A DNA stretch of 64,000 nucleotides from Raillietiella orientalis (Eukaryota): NCBI GenBank assembly GCA_036172245.1, contig JAYWIR010000011.1:2728001-2792000 (forward strand). Direction: 5' to 3'. The notes beneath the pieces were generated by a model. It searched no databases. It was not told the DNA's origin and worked only from the letters and a program-made list of their open reading frames with translations. The position numbers and the translations under genes were made by a program. This document shows positions 12,938 through 25,892 of the stretch, in pieces. The first letter of the stretch is position 1, and every line of letters starts with the position of its first letter.

Positions 12938-15003
12938 TCTGCAGCCGTGTGCTTTCAAAAGAAGAAAAGGTAAAAAAAAAAAAAGCTTCAATGAAAGTTG
13001 CGTCAACAGAAGAATCCAGAAGGATTTCGGTCATCCTTGGCCACTGGCCACTATGCCACGGCGATCTCTCCACTGGCCTTCTTCTGTGGAAAAAGAGAAA
13101 AAAAAGAAGGAAAGTGGAGTACTCGCGCGTGGCGTCAGTTCCTATGCAAGCGCGAGGAGATGAAATAGTCTCTAGCCAACTCATGTCGAAGAGCATGTGT
13201 TGGGGATCGCATTCCTGGCCACCAGGATGAAGGACTTTCACTAATCTTCCGTTCTCACGAGCAGTCGGTGGACATTGAAGAGAATCCCCGTCCCCACTTA
13301 TCGTAACGCAATTAGGCTGAAAACGGGGAGCAAAGGGGAGTGAAGCCTCAATGGGATGCAGGCTAAAAGAGAACCGGAAGTCTCGGCCTGCCTAGGACGA
13401 CGTACAGGGAGGTGCTTGAGATGCCGCGCCGAAGATGTGTCGTTCGGAGCTGGCAGGACAATCTTAAGGAGCGAACAGTGATGAAACGAACAATCCCTTC
13501 CCCCCGAAACACATCTTTCCGTTTCCATAGGACAGTGACCATCGGTCAAACGCTGGCTGTTCGCATCTGAACGTCAGTTCAACCTCATCCCGGTTTCTCT
13601 TCCTCGGGTTGCGCTCTCTTGAGCTCGTTTTCTTGCTCGTTTGCTTGCTTAACTTCTTAGTCACCTCGACGATGGGAACCTGGGGACTGAGAGCTGATGA
13701 CCGCCTTGCTTGGGAGAGCTTCTGGATTCCGAGGATGCTCTTCCTCGGGCAAGAGGTTGGATGGAAGTTTTCGGGGTCACCGAGTGTGGCGGAGGAAGGT
13801 TTCCCTTCAAGCTCGTTGCGCTGCTGTCGGGTGGTCACCCTGCACGTGGTGACACCGTCTTCTGTCGGAGGCGCTCGACAGACGTCCGGAGAAAAAACGA
13901 GAGTTGCCGTCCCGGAAGCTGGCTTGTGGGAAGACGGGAGCGACCGAACGCGGGAGCACGCGGAAGACGAGGATGGGCGACGGGGCGTCGTGAGACGCTG
14001 TAGGTGAACCTCGGTGTCCCCTGAGGAGAATTCGAGAGATAGGCCTCAGTGTTGGCAGCGCGTGAGAATTTTCTTAGCTGCACATCGTCGTCTCCGTCTG
14101 CGGCGCGCCTGCCATCCGGAGCCGGTCTCCGCATCAGTCTGACATATCAATGAGTCTCAAATGTTCCCGAGGAAACCCATAGCGCAATTCCTCGTTGTCA
14201 GTTCGCAGTGTGAGGATACTGCAAATCCGGGATTGATCCGTTCGCTGCGGGACAGATTCATGAATCCGTGTATTCCAGTTTATCTTTTTCAATTACCGCG
14301 CCGAGCGCGCCAAGTTCTCAGGGCGTGCCAGACGCGGAGGAAACGCCGAGCTGCTGCAAACCTCTCGTTCCCATGGTGCCGCGCTTGATTTACATTTACT
14401 ACTCGGAATCGATTCGCATTTTTCAATGCCTCCCTCAGTTTCCTTTAACGGAAGGGAGGAAAGGGAGGGAGAGGGGGCGACGCTTTTGCGAGCAGAAAGC
14501 GCGCGCCCGCCACCCCGCTTCCACGCGGGGAGGGGGGGAGGCCCACGTGATCTAGGAAGTCGACGGCTCTCCCCCTTATGGCCGTGACCCACTGCTTCCG
14601 TTTCGCTCAGTGGAGCCCAACGCTCTCGCACGCGGTGAGGAATTTTCTCACCCCGACGCGGGCTGCCCTCTCGAGATCACCGAGAGAAGGAAGGAAGACA
14701 GGAAGAATGGGAGCGCTGTCTTTGGCAGGCAAAAACCATATACGATCTGACGCTGGGGAAGGAGGCGGGGTCGCCCCTCCTCGCCTGCCTGGCTCTGCGT
14801 CGAACCGCTCGCGCGCACTCTCTTCTAGCATCGGCGAGCTGCACTTCCGGCAGCTTGGGGTCACGAGGGGGTGATTGCAGGGTCTGGAGGGAGGCACCGG
14901 TCCGCCTTCTCGGTTCGGAAGACTGGAGCCGCCACCAGTCGGACCGCTGACCCCCATCCCCGAGGGAGAGAGGGCGGACGCGGGAGAGGTCCGTCTCGCC
15001 TTT

Positions 15004-15243
15004 CTTCGCCCTGAGGCGAGCAAGCTGTTGCGAACTCCAGTCCCACGCGTCCTGACTTCCTCGACGGCGACCTCGACAATCGCAATTTTTCTTCTGAGAA
15101 CGAGTATTTGCAGCAAGCGTGGGCAGCCCGGGAGGAAAAGGCTGACCTTTTCCTGACTAGCTGCTGGGTCAACACCCGCCTGCATCTTTCGCTCTTTCTC
15201 TTCCTTTTTCTCGCGAGCCGCCTTCCCTTCTACCTCCCTGGGG
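15004..15243 (+). repeat. Left arm of a long inverted repeat (partner 18191-18432)
   Basis: Reverse complement aligns with 18191-18432, including a 36-bp perfect match of 15102-15137 with 18295-18330. Confidence 0.92.
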
Positions 15244-16552
15244 AAGGGAGGTGGCTTGGAGGAACAGGAGGAGTTCTGTGGCCCGTCCAAGACAGTCACG
15301 TCCCGGAGGGCCGCCTTGCACGTGGCGCACGCTTTTTTTTCCCCTCCTCGCTGCCGCTTCTGACCTCCCGCGGGTCCCGCAAACGCGTCTGCCGAGGGTG
15401 CCTCCCTTCCTCGCCTCTCGAGCCAACCAGCATATCTCTTTGTCTTCCGGGTTCAATCGCTGTATTCCCCATTTCGGCAGCTGCCTTTTTTCTTCCTCCT
15501 CTTCTTCCTTCGGCTTCCCTGTAACGATCTTCCATCTTAGTAAAGACACCGCGGGGACATCCTCTACTCCTCTTCCGGATTGCTTCATTTCAGCTTCCTC
15601 CTCCCCCCGCCTCCTTCCTTGTTTTGTCGAGCGAGACCCGGGAAAACTTAAAAATTCCCGGTTTTCCTGCGGTTATCTGAGGTCCTCGCACCAGCGCGGG
15701 GTTTGATTAATGTCGTCCGTGCTCTTATCGCGGCGGATGCTGCCTTTCTAACGATTCACCCGAGCCACTCGCTCTCCGGAATTCCTCTCGCAAGTCCGCC
15801 ATCGCCATCCGGGGTTCGCCCTTCGCGCTCCGACGCAGAGATGCTGAGAGTAGGATGATTTTTCGGGATGACACGCTGGACCGTTAGCGCGTGGGGACCG
15901 TCACAGCAGCAGCAGCAGCAGCCGTCTCCGTCGTCGCGATCGTCCCGACCGCCGTCGCCACGTGGGTCCCAAAGAGAATCATCCCCCGCTACCGGCTTCG
16001 GAGGGCGAAACCTGCAATGACCACTTGGGGTCTCCGGTGAGTCTGCAGGTCGTGCGACCATGTGCGCCCTGCGGTTGCCGTTCATCCGGCAGGAAAGAAG
16101 CGGGCATTCATTCCTCTATCAGCCGAGTTTTTCTCCTGCCCAGATCGACAGCCTGCCGACTACCCCGAGGCGTCGGGCCCTTCCTCCACTCTGAGGGCCT
16201 CCTTTCCCCTCATCCGCTCGCTCCCACGTCCCACCGCCGCTCGCAGCGTCAGCGCGAGTCCCATGTGTCGAGTGCAACAGGGAGGAGGGAAACGAGGGGA
16301 GGGAGAAGGCAGGGGAGTCCCCAGGAGGAACGTACGTGCCCGCTCCTGTGCGCATGTACGGAGACTGGGAGAAGCAGCTGAAACAGTCCCTGCATCGCGA
16401 AGGAGATTCAGCGCCCGGCTTAGAAAACCCCGCGACAGGCAAAATCCGGAGAAACGCCGAGCCAGGAGGATCTCCAGGAGGCGTCTTGAGGTGCGCATTC
16501 CACCAGCCGCGGAAGAGGTTCCGGGAGAGCTAGATGATTATCTCGCGGGAAT

Positions 16553-16737
16553 GGTATCTTCTTTCTGCTGCCTTCCTTACCTCTTCTCCATTCCTCTCTT
16601 GCCTTCTTCCTTCACCTTCCTTCCTCCTCCTCCTCCTTTCCTATTCCTCCTCCTCCTCCTCCCATCATCCCTTCCTCTTCTCTCTTCTCCTTTCTTCATT
16701 TCTCCTGCCTTCATTCACCTCTCTTCCTCTTCCTCCC
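16553..16737. repeat. Pyrimidine-rich (CT/CCT) low-complexity tract
   Basis: Almost purely C/T on the + strand. Confidence 0.9.
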
Positions 16738-18190
16738 GATGCAAGCGATAGGGCTTTTTCTCCGCCGTTTTTCTCGCGCTCCTTCCGTGCCAGCGGGTCC
16801 TTCCCGGCGGCGCGAAGGACATCCTTTCCCTTTTCAACTTCACGCTTTCACTCTCAGAGACGCTCTGATCCTTCGTTCCCGAGACGGCCATGGATCATCG
16901 CGGGATGACTCCAGTTCTCCCTTTCCCCGCGAGTCCTCCTGTCGAAGCTCCTTGGTCTGCGGCGCGCGGGCGTTCGTCGGCCTCCCATCCGTTCTGGCGC
17001 TTTTGGGAAGGGCTCTGCCGATCGAATCCGGAGCGGCGAGGCAGGTCGTCCCGTTCGGGAGGAGAGTCCGGGTGACTTCCTGAGATGTGGCGGCAAGAGT
17101 GAAACTCTTCCTGTGGCAACTCCGCATCTTTCAAGCGTTCATCCCGGAACGCTCGCCTGCGCGCGATTTCCTGTAAACTCAGCTTTCGTTCTATTTGTCT
17201 CCTGTCCTGAAATTCCCGTTCCATTACACAACGCATTCGCCTTTTTATGGCGGTCCTCCGGGATGAAGAGGAAGAAAATAAATAAAATGAAATAAAATTT
17301 TCTTCCCCGTTGTTTCCCACTCCCTGTTTACATCATCTGCATCGTCTTTGCACCAGGGAGATTGCTGTTCGTTGCCAGGCGGGCGGGTATCCCTGGTTCC
17401 CTTCCCCTCTTCCTGTCCGTTTCCTCGGATTATTCTATCCAACGGAAATCAGTTTGAATCTCACTTTGGTCCATTAACTCATCTGCTTCGCAGATTCCCA
17501 TTTGCATGACCCGGATTTCCTTGCTGTGCGCTTCGCTTTCATCCCTCCCCCTTCTGTTGCCTGCTCTGCTTTTGCTTGGGACTCTTCCTCTTTCCCGGAA
17601 GAGGGAGGAATCGCACGATCGAAGGTGACGACCGCTCTTCGCCAGAAGGAGCAGTCGCGGACACGCGGGGCCAGCCCTCCTCGAAAGACTCTGCCTGCCG
17701 GGAGGTTTCCTGCCTGCGCACCGATCGCAGGGCGGGGGCCGCGAACCTGGCTCCGGCGGGACGCCCGCATCTCCTACGGTCCCATGTTAGAGCGTTGGCA
17801 GGCAGCCGGCCCTTCCGAGGAAACCCCCTTCCCTGCCAGATTCGCCCGTCGGAATCCAACGGAAAGCCAGGAGGGAAGGAGGGGCCCTTGGGAGAGAGTA
17901 AGAGAAGGCCCACAGTGGCGGGTTCCGGGAGGAATTCTCGAGCCGCTCTCTCCTTCCGCTCCTTCCCTGCTGCGCCGAAGCGAAGGCGCGCGCCCAGGAC
18001 CATCGCGTGCCGAGCGGCCACGGCGCGGCGAGGAACGAAGCGGCTTGCGCATGAGCTCTCGGTCTGACGGCGAAGCGAATCGGGAACGGCCTGACGCCGC
18101 TCCTTCTGCTCCTGCGGAAGAGGACGACAACACGAACTACTTCGGGACACCGTGGGATGCCCGTGCGGATTGCTTGTCCCCTGTATCGTC

Positions 18191-18432
18191 CCCGGGAGGT
18201 AGGCGGGAAGGCTACTCGCGAGAAAAAGGAAGAGAAAAGGCGAAAGTTGCAGGCGGGTGCTGACCCAGCAGCTAGTCAGGAAAAAGGTCAACGCTTCCTC
18301 CCGGGCTGCCCACGCTTGCTGCAAATACTCATTCTCAGAAGAAAAATGGGGGGCGACCGCCGAGATCGCCGTCGAGGAAGTGAGGGAGCGCGGGGCTAGA
18401 ACCCGCAGCAGCCTGCTCGCCTCAGGGAGAAG
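18191..18432 (-). repeat. Right arm of a long inverted repeat (partner 15004-15243)
   Basis: See left arm. The ~155-bp core is roughly 90% identical by eye. Confidence 0.92.
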
Positions 18433-19174
18433 GAACCCTTCATCCTTCCGGCAGCAGCAGTAGCAGCAGTCAGTTCCTAGACCAAACGGGTTGGCAGGTG
18501 GTCCTTCAAAAGGGGAAAATGGCCTGTAAAACCAGGCGATGACTCGCAACGGCCCCCTTCTCTTTCTCCCTCTCTAGACGGAGCACTCCTGGACTAACTC
18601 TCTAGACGGAGCACACCGGTCGGAAGCCGGTGCCCCTTGCGCCATCCTGGCAGGACGATTGGTGGGAAATCCCTAGCAAAGGGAGTAGGAAGAGAAAGCT
18701 GGGAAAGAGGCTCTTGCGAAGCCCGGTGGGAACCCGCTCAGACGAAGAAGGCTTGCATCCTCCTCCAGGTCATTGTGCCTCTTTCCTGAAGGGACCACCA
18801 TCGTCCAGCCTCCCGAGGGGAGGAGGGTTGCCGGTTCGTGACTCCCAGAAGGAAGAAGAGCAGAGCGCGCGACCAGTTCTTCTCCACCAGGAAAGCCCAC
18901 GGGGCCTGTTGCCTTGTGCTCGAGCCGGCGGGTCCACAAGAAACAGACGCCCTTCGAGGCTCACTGAATCTGCTGTGTGTGCCCGCAGCTCCAGAGGCTT
19001 CAGCTGCTCGAGAAGTCTGGACCATTCCGGCGAGCCTGGATCCGGTCGCTTGAAGACGAAAGCGACTTCTTGGTCGGCTGCTCCCGTGAACGTAGACGCG
19101 CGGATGGTGAAAAGAGGTATAGACCAGCAACAGAGAGTCACCATGCGTGGAGTCCTCGTTGAGACCTTGACCTC

Positions 19175-19855
19175 GACCTGTCGGGTGATGCTAGTTGGGT
19201 TATTCGGGTGCGGCGCTCATGCGGGTGCGGAAATTCGGATGCCCCGTTGACTGGTCGGGACTGGAGGAAGTTGACCGACGGGGGTCCTTCCAGGACTCGA
19301 AGAGAGGATTCCCTTCGGGATCCCCTTCGGTTGTGAACACGGAGACCATCCATCGCATTCCGTGGAATCGCTGATACCCCATCTCAAGGGGGTTGCCTCT
19401 CCAGAGTGCCAGAAGCGCGCTGCTCCCTTCGAGGAGCGCCCTCCAGAGAAATCAGGAAGCATCCCTTCGGGATTCCCTTCAGAGGGATAAATAAGGAGCG
19501 ATCTCCTTGCGGGTTCCTTCCGGAAAAAAAAAATTCCAGAAGATCTTTTCCGGGAAAAAACGAAGAGTAACCCTCTTCGGGGGCACCTTCTGGAGAGAAT
19601 GAGGAAGAGGGTTCCTTTGGGGTTCCCTTAGGAGACAACCAGGGTGGAGGGTTCCCTCCCAAGCGCGAGAATAAAGAACTCCTTCCTCCGGAGCCCTTCC
19701 TGGGTTCACAAGGTAATCCCTTCCTTGAATACCCCCCAACTTGAAGAGTGAACCCACACACCCTGTTGTCTGGAAACGGTGTCAAAGGGCTTCGTGAGGC
19801 TCCCCTATGGGTGCGAACGGTTTTTCCGTGCTCCCTGAGAAGCCAAAAAAAAATA
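19175..19855 (+). mobile_element. tRNA-derived SINE-like element, copy 3 (5' truncated)
   Basis: Reverse complement of the family body: atgccccgttgactgg, ggagaccatccatcg, ccctccagagaaat, cttcctggg, cttgaagag, followed by an A-rich tract. Confidence 0.75.
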
Positions 19856-21455
19856 GTCGGGAAGTTGGGCCCACGCTCCGGTTCTGTTTGTGCTCCTTGC
19901 TGGAAATCCATGAAACTCAGATTTCCCTCTCCCGAACAGGAGTCCAGAAAAAGCGAGAAGAAGAAAAAAGGGGAGAAGGCGCGAGGGGGGGGGGATGAAG
20001 AAAGGGGAGGGGATCCGGAGAAGGGATTTGAAATCCCGGAAGCTGGACTCAACGCAATGGAAGACAAGGAACGAAATGACCGATCACACGAGTGTGGAAC
20101 CAGCCCTCCCTGCTGACGAAATCACGAAAACCGTTCATTGCATCACCGTGCTGACGACAAAAGAGGCATGCAAATAAGGAACGCAGCAGGGGACCCTAAA
20201 AGAAGAGGAAACTCGAAGGGACGCTTTGCTTCGAGGACCAACGGCGGCGGCGTTTCGGGACGAATGGTCACTTCAGGAAGGCGCTGTGGGACTCGCATCT
20301 CCCTCAAGGAGGAACAGTGCGACCGAAGTCTACCTGCCATCCTTGCTATGATGCCTTCACCCGCAGCGGAAAGAGTCTCCTTTCGCTTCCGTTGAGCCAC
20401 CCTGACTCATCCTCTTCCACATGGCTTTTCCTTACTGCATTTTCGCATGCTTTACTCGTTAGGGGGAGGGGGGGGGGGGAACAGCCTGGATGGATGCACT
20501 TTCGGGGAGCGGATGATTCCCGGATTCCAGCAGGATGCGTGAAGATCCAGCCTGGTTTTTTTTTAACGGGTAGGTGGAGAAGAGCTGTCCAGGGTGGTAA
20601 TCAACCCGTCCACTCACGTCAGAAGGTGGCGTTCGTGTCTCCATTTTACTCTGCGGAACCGCCGCTTACTCACGGGAACATCTCTCGAGGTCAATTAGCA
20701 GCAGCAGCAAAAGTAAACAGCAGGCAGAAGCAGCAGCACGCACATGTTCCAGAATGCGCGCCAAAGTACGTGGGTAGCAGGAAAGCGCGTGCACTTTCGG
20801 TTTCAAGGGCAGCCTTGGCTATAAATAATCTTCGGAAGAATTCATGGAGTCGGGAGGTCGTGAGAGAGAGGCAGGAGGTGTCCACGACGCGCGCGGACCC
20901 GCTCCACCTGCCTTCAAGGAGGCGCAAGCGCGTCCCCGTTCTACGGGAGCGTGAGGGAAAGCAAGAGGACCGCAGCCACCGGGAAACCCCGCCCGATCTT
21001 GTTCGGGCCCACCTCGGAGCTGGGCTGGAGCTCGCCGGCCTCCGCTGCTGCTGCTGCTGCTGCTGGGAAATCTCACTGTGGCGAGGACCCCCGGATGATT
21101 AGGGAAGGAGGGAAGGCTGCTAATCTCGGCGAAAGATCTTGATGACGTGGTACCTTCCGGAGATAACATCAGACTTTATGGAGACGACAACTGGCAGTCA
21201 GGAGCCTCCGGAGAACTGAACCACATCGGACGCGTTTCTCTGCAGCGAGACGCGGGCCTGCGGGGGCCACCTCGGCCCCATTTCCCACTCGTTCCGCCGA
21301 AAAGCCGGGAATCGCTTCGCCGTCTCTCCGGAGAAGGCCGCGCCGCATTTTCGGCCAATCATCTCCAGCATCCCAGGACGGTTGCAGCCTCCCTTCGCGA
21401 GCATCCGTTTTTGTCCCTCCCTTCTTCTCCGAGTGCAGCAGAAGGAAAGAGGCTA

Positions 21456-22245
21456 GCCCGCGCTGGTGGCCGTGTGGCTGCGCGGTACCGAGAGTTGCTG
21501 GTTCGAATCCTTCCCGAGGAGGGATCGACGCTGAGAAACGGGGTGTTGTGTCGCTGGTCTCAAGTCCTATGGCCTGTGGCCTATAATCGGATGAGACGCT
21601 GGAGGAATCCGTATGTCATCGCTGACTGGCCGGGATTAGAAGTTGACCCTCCGGGGTCTTTCCAGGAATCAAGGAGGCGGTTCCCCATTGGGGTTCCCCT
21701 CCGGCTGAGACAATGGAGCTGTCGAGTGCCGTGGAGGAGCTGGCTGACTGATACCGCTCCGGTGCCAAGAAGTGCGCTGCTCCCTTCGGGGGGCGCCCTT
21801 CAGAGAAATGGGGAGGCGTCCCTTCGGGGTTCTCTTCAGGAGAGTAAACAAGGAGCGGTTCTCTTGCCGGTTCCCTCCGGATAAAGAAATTCCAGGAGTT
21901 ACGGACCTTCCTCTAGGATACTCCTCCGGAGAGAATGAGGAAGAGGTTCTCTTCGGAGACAATCGGGGTGGAGGTGCTCCCCTCGGTGATCCCTCCCCAA
22001 GTGTGATAGGAACGGACTCCCTTCTTCCTGAGCCCTTCCTGGATTCATAGGGTGGTCCTCTCTAGGGGCGACCCCCTAACTCGAGGAGTTCACACGCACC
22101 CTCAGGTGGCGTGAACAGTGCTCCAAGAGCTTCTTGAGCCCCTGGGCGAACGGTTCTTCAGTACTCAGCAAACCGAAAACAAAAAAAAAACCGAAAAAAG
22201 AAGCTGAAACAGGGAAACAGGAGAACGTCCAAAGGGTTTCTACCA
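21456..22245 (+). mobile_element. tRNA-derived SINE-like element, copy 4 (near full length)
   Basis: Head gcccgcgctggtggccgtgtggctgcg, B box ggttcgaatcc at 21500-21510, family body, A-rich tract and the family terminus aacaggagaacgtccaaagggtttc. Confidence 0.8.
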
Positions 22246-22881
22246 GTTGGCTTAGCCCTTCAGGCAGCAGGAATGTTGGCTTGGTAATACGACGCTTAGC
22301 ATCTTTGCTGACCAGAGAATCGCAAGTCAGCCTACGACGCGCGCTTCCGGCACGAGAAGCGGGGACGCTTGCCCGGAGGAAGGTCGAAGGTTCCCACTTC
22401 GCAGGGGGAGCGCTAAACTCGATCGGCAGGTGACCTTCGACCCGGTGCCTAACGGAAGGAAGTTTCCCTCCAGTCTTCCCCGCGTCCGAGACCGACCGGA
22501 AGGCTAGCAGAAAGGTTCGCCCGCCCATCCGTCGCGCTCGACTCGCTGCTGAGGCCGAATCAGGGGCTGCACTTCTTTGCGCCGGGAATGAAGACAGAAG
22601 GGATCGCGGTCAAGGGAGGGTGGTGGATCGCGTTTCCGGGACCCCCGACGGACCGTGTTGTCGGCGGTAAAAAACGGTTTCCCTCCCTCCCCCCAAAAAC
22701 GAGTGCCTGGAGAGGTTCTCCAGCACCGCCTTCGGTTACGAAATGCCCCCTGGAGCGTTATTTCCCCCCGGGCAGCATCGTTGAGGAATCTTTTTCTTTG
22801 CACTACCAATTTCTACTTCTACGAATTCCTATAATGCTATGCGCTCACATATTAAATAGATAGGTGATTGTATATCCTCAC

Positions 22882-23012
22882 ATTCCTTTTCCATTGTATC
22901 CCTTGGAACATGGGACGCGCATTCACTTCACAGAGCAACGTGACATCCGAAGATTCAGGTACGAATGGACCCTGCATCTTGTCGCTGAAGCGAAGCTTAA
23001 CAATCGGCTTAT
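22882..23012 (-). CDS. Side-like gene exon G (Ig4 N-half): KPIVKLRFSDKMQGPFVPESSDVTLLCEVNARPMFQGIQWKRN
   Basis: Acceptor cttggtttcag, donor gtgagg, 131 nt, phase 1/0. Contains the ExxDVxxxCxVxAxP..W motif. Confidence 0.93.
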
Positions 23013-23297
23013 CTGAAACCAAGGGAAAGAACAATCGGGATGCATTCTCTGCAGTCAAAAAGAGGGGGAAAAGGGGGGTGGGGCAGGTCATCCTTCAGGT
23101 TTTCGGGCAGAGGGATGCTCGGGTGTCAGATGGTAGCCAGTATTTGGAGGTCGCCTCGGTGTGCTGAAAGACCGGAAGGTCGCCGACGAAATCTTGGCTG
23201 TCGGGAGCTGCACAGGTAGGCGGAAGAGTTGGGCATGGTCGTGAAAAAAAGTCCACCCTGGCTCCTAAACCGACCTGTGACCCCACCTGCCCGGAGA

Positions 23298-23560
23298 CCA
23301 TGTGGTTACGGTCTCCGCGCGTGGCACCGCCAAGCGTCGCGAGGGTTCGAATACTCGGAAAGAATCGACGCCGAGAGAGATGGGGGTGCGTCGTGGCTTC
23401 GAGTTCCTTCCGCGAGATGACGCTGGTTAGCCTCCATCCATTCGCGTGCGGCACCGGTAGCGGTTCGAACCGGATGCCCCGATGAGTGGCCTGTGCCCTT
23501 CCAGGAAACAAAATCAAGGAGTGTGGTTCCCTTCGGGATTTCCCTTCCGGTTGTGCACCT
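23298..23560 (+). mobile_element. tRNA-derived SINE-like element, copy 5 (5' part)
   Basis: tgtggttacggtctccgcgcgtggcacc head, ggttcgaatac at 23344, second box ggcttcgagttcc, and gtgcggcaccggt..ggatgccccg. Confidence 0.75.
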
Positions 23561-24049
23561 GCATCTGTAACCCCACCGAACGTAGCTACCCCCACTCCCC
23601 ACCTTCGGGATCGAGAGAGTTTCTGATCCGAAAGCGCCGAAACGATTCCCGACAACGTTGGCTTTTTTACCGAGACGCCTCCCTGAAGCGAGAGGCCGAC
23701 GCCAACGAGGTGATGACGCCATCACATCCTTCTCTTCGGCATTCTGTCTCCGCTCGTCCGCTTGCAGCCCGGCAGGTGGCGCCTACTGTTGGCACATGAA
23801 AAGCGCTCCGGGATGGCGCGCAGTGCATCCAGCAGGTCTGAGGCGCGCTTGCAATGTTTAAGCGCCCCTTGAACGGCATCCACGAGCAGAGGTTGGAAAT
23901 TCCCCCGGCACGTCGGACCCGTGCACCGCCACGCACCCCTTTTTCCCCAGAGTGGGCTCCGCTTGGCTTCTGTGGACATCCTGCTTGCATGTACGGAAGG
24001 AGGTGCGCTCTATGGACCAGTAACGCTGGCGATCGAAAGAGCCTGGCTT

Positions 24050-25125
24050 TCTGCTTCTGCGCTCTAGCGCCATGCATGGTCCGATGAGCCTTTTCGACAT
24101 TCCATGGTTTCCAGGGTGCTCCACCTCCCACACCCTGTATGTGAGCAACCCGATTGCACACCGAGCACAGGTGGATGAAGAAGGTCGGGAGCCATCTCGA
24201 CTCTCTCTGCCCCTGTACAGGATCTATAGAACCGCAGGAAGTCTTCATGAAATGGACACGTCAACAGGAAGTATCGCAAAGGACGGTGGTATCTCTTCGT
24301 GGTGATGTTGATGGCTTCCCTTTTCACCCTCTTCTCATTGAGCTCTTGGCTGCTCGCCTGGAACCAGTTCAGACCTCAGCATCCGCCTCCCTCAAGACAA
24401 GGGCAGCGAAGAGCGAAAGCTTCAAGGCATCATCATCAACGGAGGTCTTCGTCGTTGTCGCGCCAATCCGAAGAAAGGGGGGAACTCCTGACCAACGACA
24501 ACATTCTCGGATGTCTTCTTCAGCGACATTTCCTTGTTGTCCGGTTAACTAATCCTTCTGGAAAGTTTCTGATGGCGAGCACCCTCTGGTGCTCCTCGGT
24601 GGACTCTGGATCGGCAGGAAGTGAAAGCTCCTCGTTCTCCTCGGGGAGGACCGGGTGTTAAGGAAGAAATGGAAGCAAGGAGAGAACCCCAGGCTATCTC
24701 GGTGGATCTTGTTGCTACAAAAATCTCTTAATGTTACTCTTTCGTTCGTTCCTTCGCCGCCGTAGCTGTGTGCTTGCTGCAAGAACGCACGCTCGCTCCC
24801 ATGTGGCAAGCGAAGAGGAAGCACTCTTGCAGGGTTGCCAACTCGGAGTGCCAGTCCCTAGAACCTCAGCAGGAAGATAAGAATAGGCTCATCTGCCGTG
24901 CACAAAGGCGCGAGAGATGCCCCCGACAATTAGGTCACGCCGCCTCCCAGTCGTCCTCCGTGCTTTCTGTGGACCGATGGTACTCGAGTCTTTCTCTGCA
25001 CGAAAGGAATGGTTCGTACGTTCAACTGCCTCCGACCTCGCTTCTATGCGTGGCGTGATGCCACGCTCAGCACGATGGGAAGGGAACCAGGAGATTTCAA
25101 GGATGGTCATCCTTAAAATCTCTTG
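24050..25125 (-). mobile_element. Highly decayed LINE (CR1/Jockey-like) ORF2 remnant
   Basis: Frame-shifted motif echoes in the expected order: ECFLFA (CLLFADD), TLRDFCSN (LxDWCxxN), RMLSLVR (RMLGFVxR), DALKLSLFAALV (LKxLYxALVRP), EKRVKR (LERVQR). The matches are weak. Confidence 0.4.
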
Positions 25126-25279
25126 TTTCTAAAGGATCTGTCTCAGCGGCTCACGGTGGGCATCATCGTTGGTGTTCTTCGTTGAAGGCACACGTGCATG
25201 TTCGCTTCCCCACGTGCGCTGCCTCCTCCTCGTTCCAGCTTCCCTGCTATAGCCTCAGCCCGGATCGCGCGGAACTCAC

Positions 25280-25424
25280 ATTTCAGCAGGATAAGCTTCT
25301 TGTCCTGTAGGACGGCTCCGGCTATGCGCGGGTTCCTCGCCATGCAGATGAGGAATTTGCCATCGTCGGCCACGTCTGGAACCCACTGCAGGACGCTCGT
25401 GGTTTCGTGCTGCTGCTCCTCGTG
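25280..25424 (-). CDS. Side-like gene exon F (Ig3 C-half): HEEQQHETTSVLQWVPDVADDGKFLICMARNPRIAGAVLQDKKLILLK
   Basis: Acceptor ttcttcctgtgtag, donor gtgagt, 145 nt, phase 0/1. Contains the TxSxLxxxPxxxDDGxxLxCxAxNP motif. Confidence 0.94.
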
Positions 25425-25892
25425 CTACACAGGAAGAAACAAGAAGAATGCGTGAATCCCGCACGCGCGGGATGCAGCCACCAGCAGAAGCAGCGGCAGC
25501 GACAGCAGGGGCATGGCGCGAAGGTCCGACATACAGGGCACGCAGGGACGACTCCACCGCTCGGGGCCTCGAGAGGTCAACCCTCTCTCCAGAAACTTTT
25601 GCGCGTGGCAAAGGGCTGGTTCGCTCTTGTTCGAAACAAACGCTCCGATGACGCGAGCACGAATGACGTAAACAGTTTAAAGGAAGTGGGGCAAGTGCCA
25701 GACAACTGGGAGGTCTTTATAAGCAAGAGTTCTGGGCGGAAAGTGCGTATGCTATTTTCATCATCCCCTGTTGTCATGCAAAATGTCAAGGATGGAAGAA
25801 CTGCAGGAACTTTTCCTCCTCTTTCGACACAGTACCGACGGTGTTGTTAGAAACCCTCGTCACAACGTGGGGATGCGAAAAAGAAGCATGGT

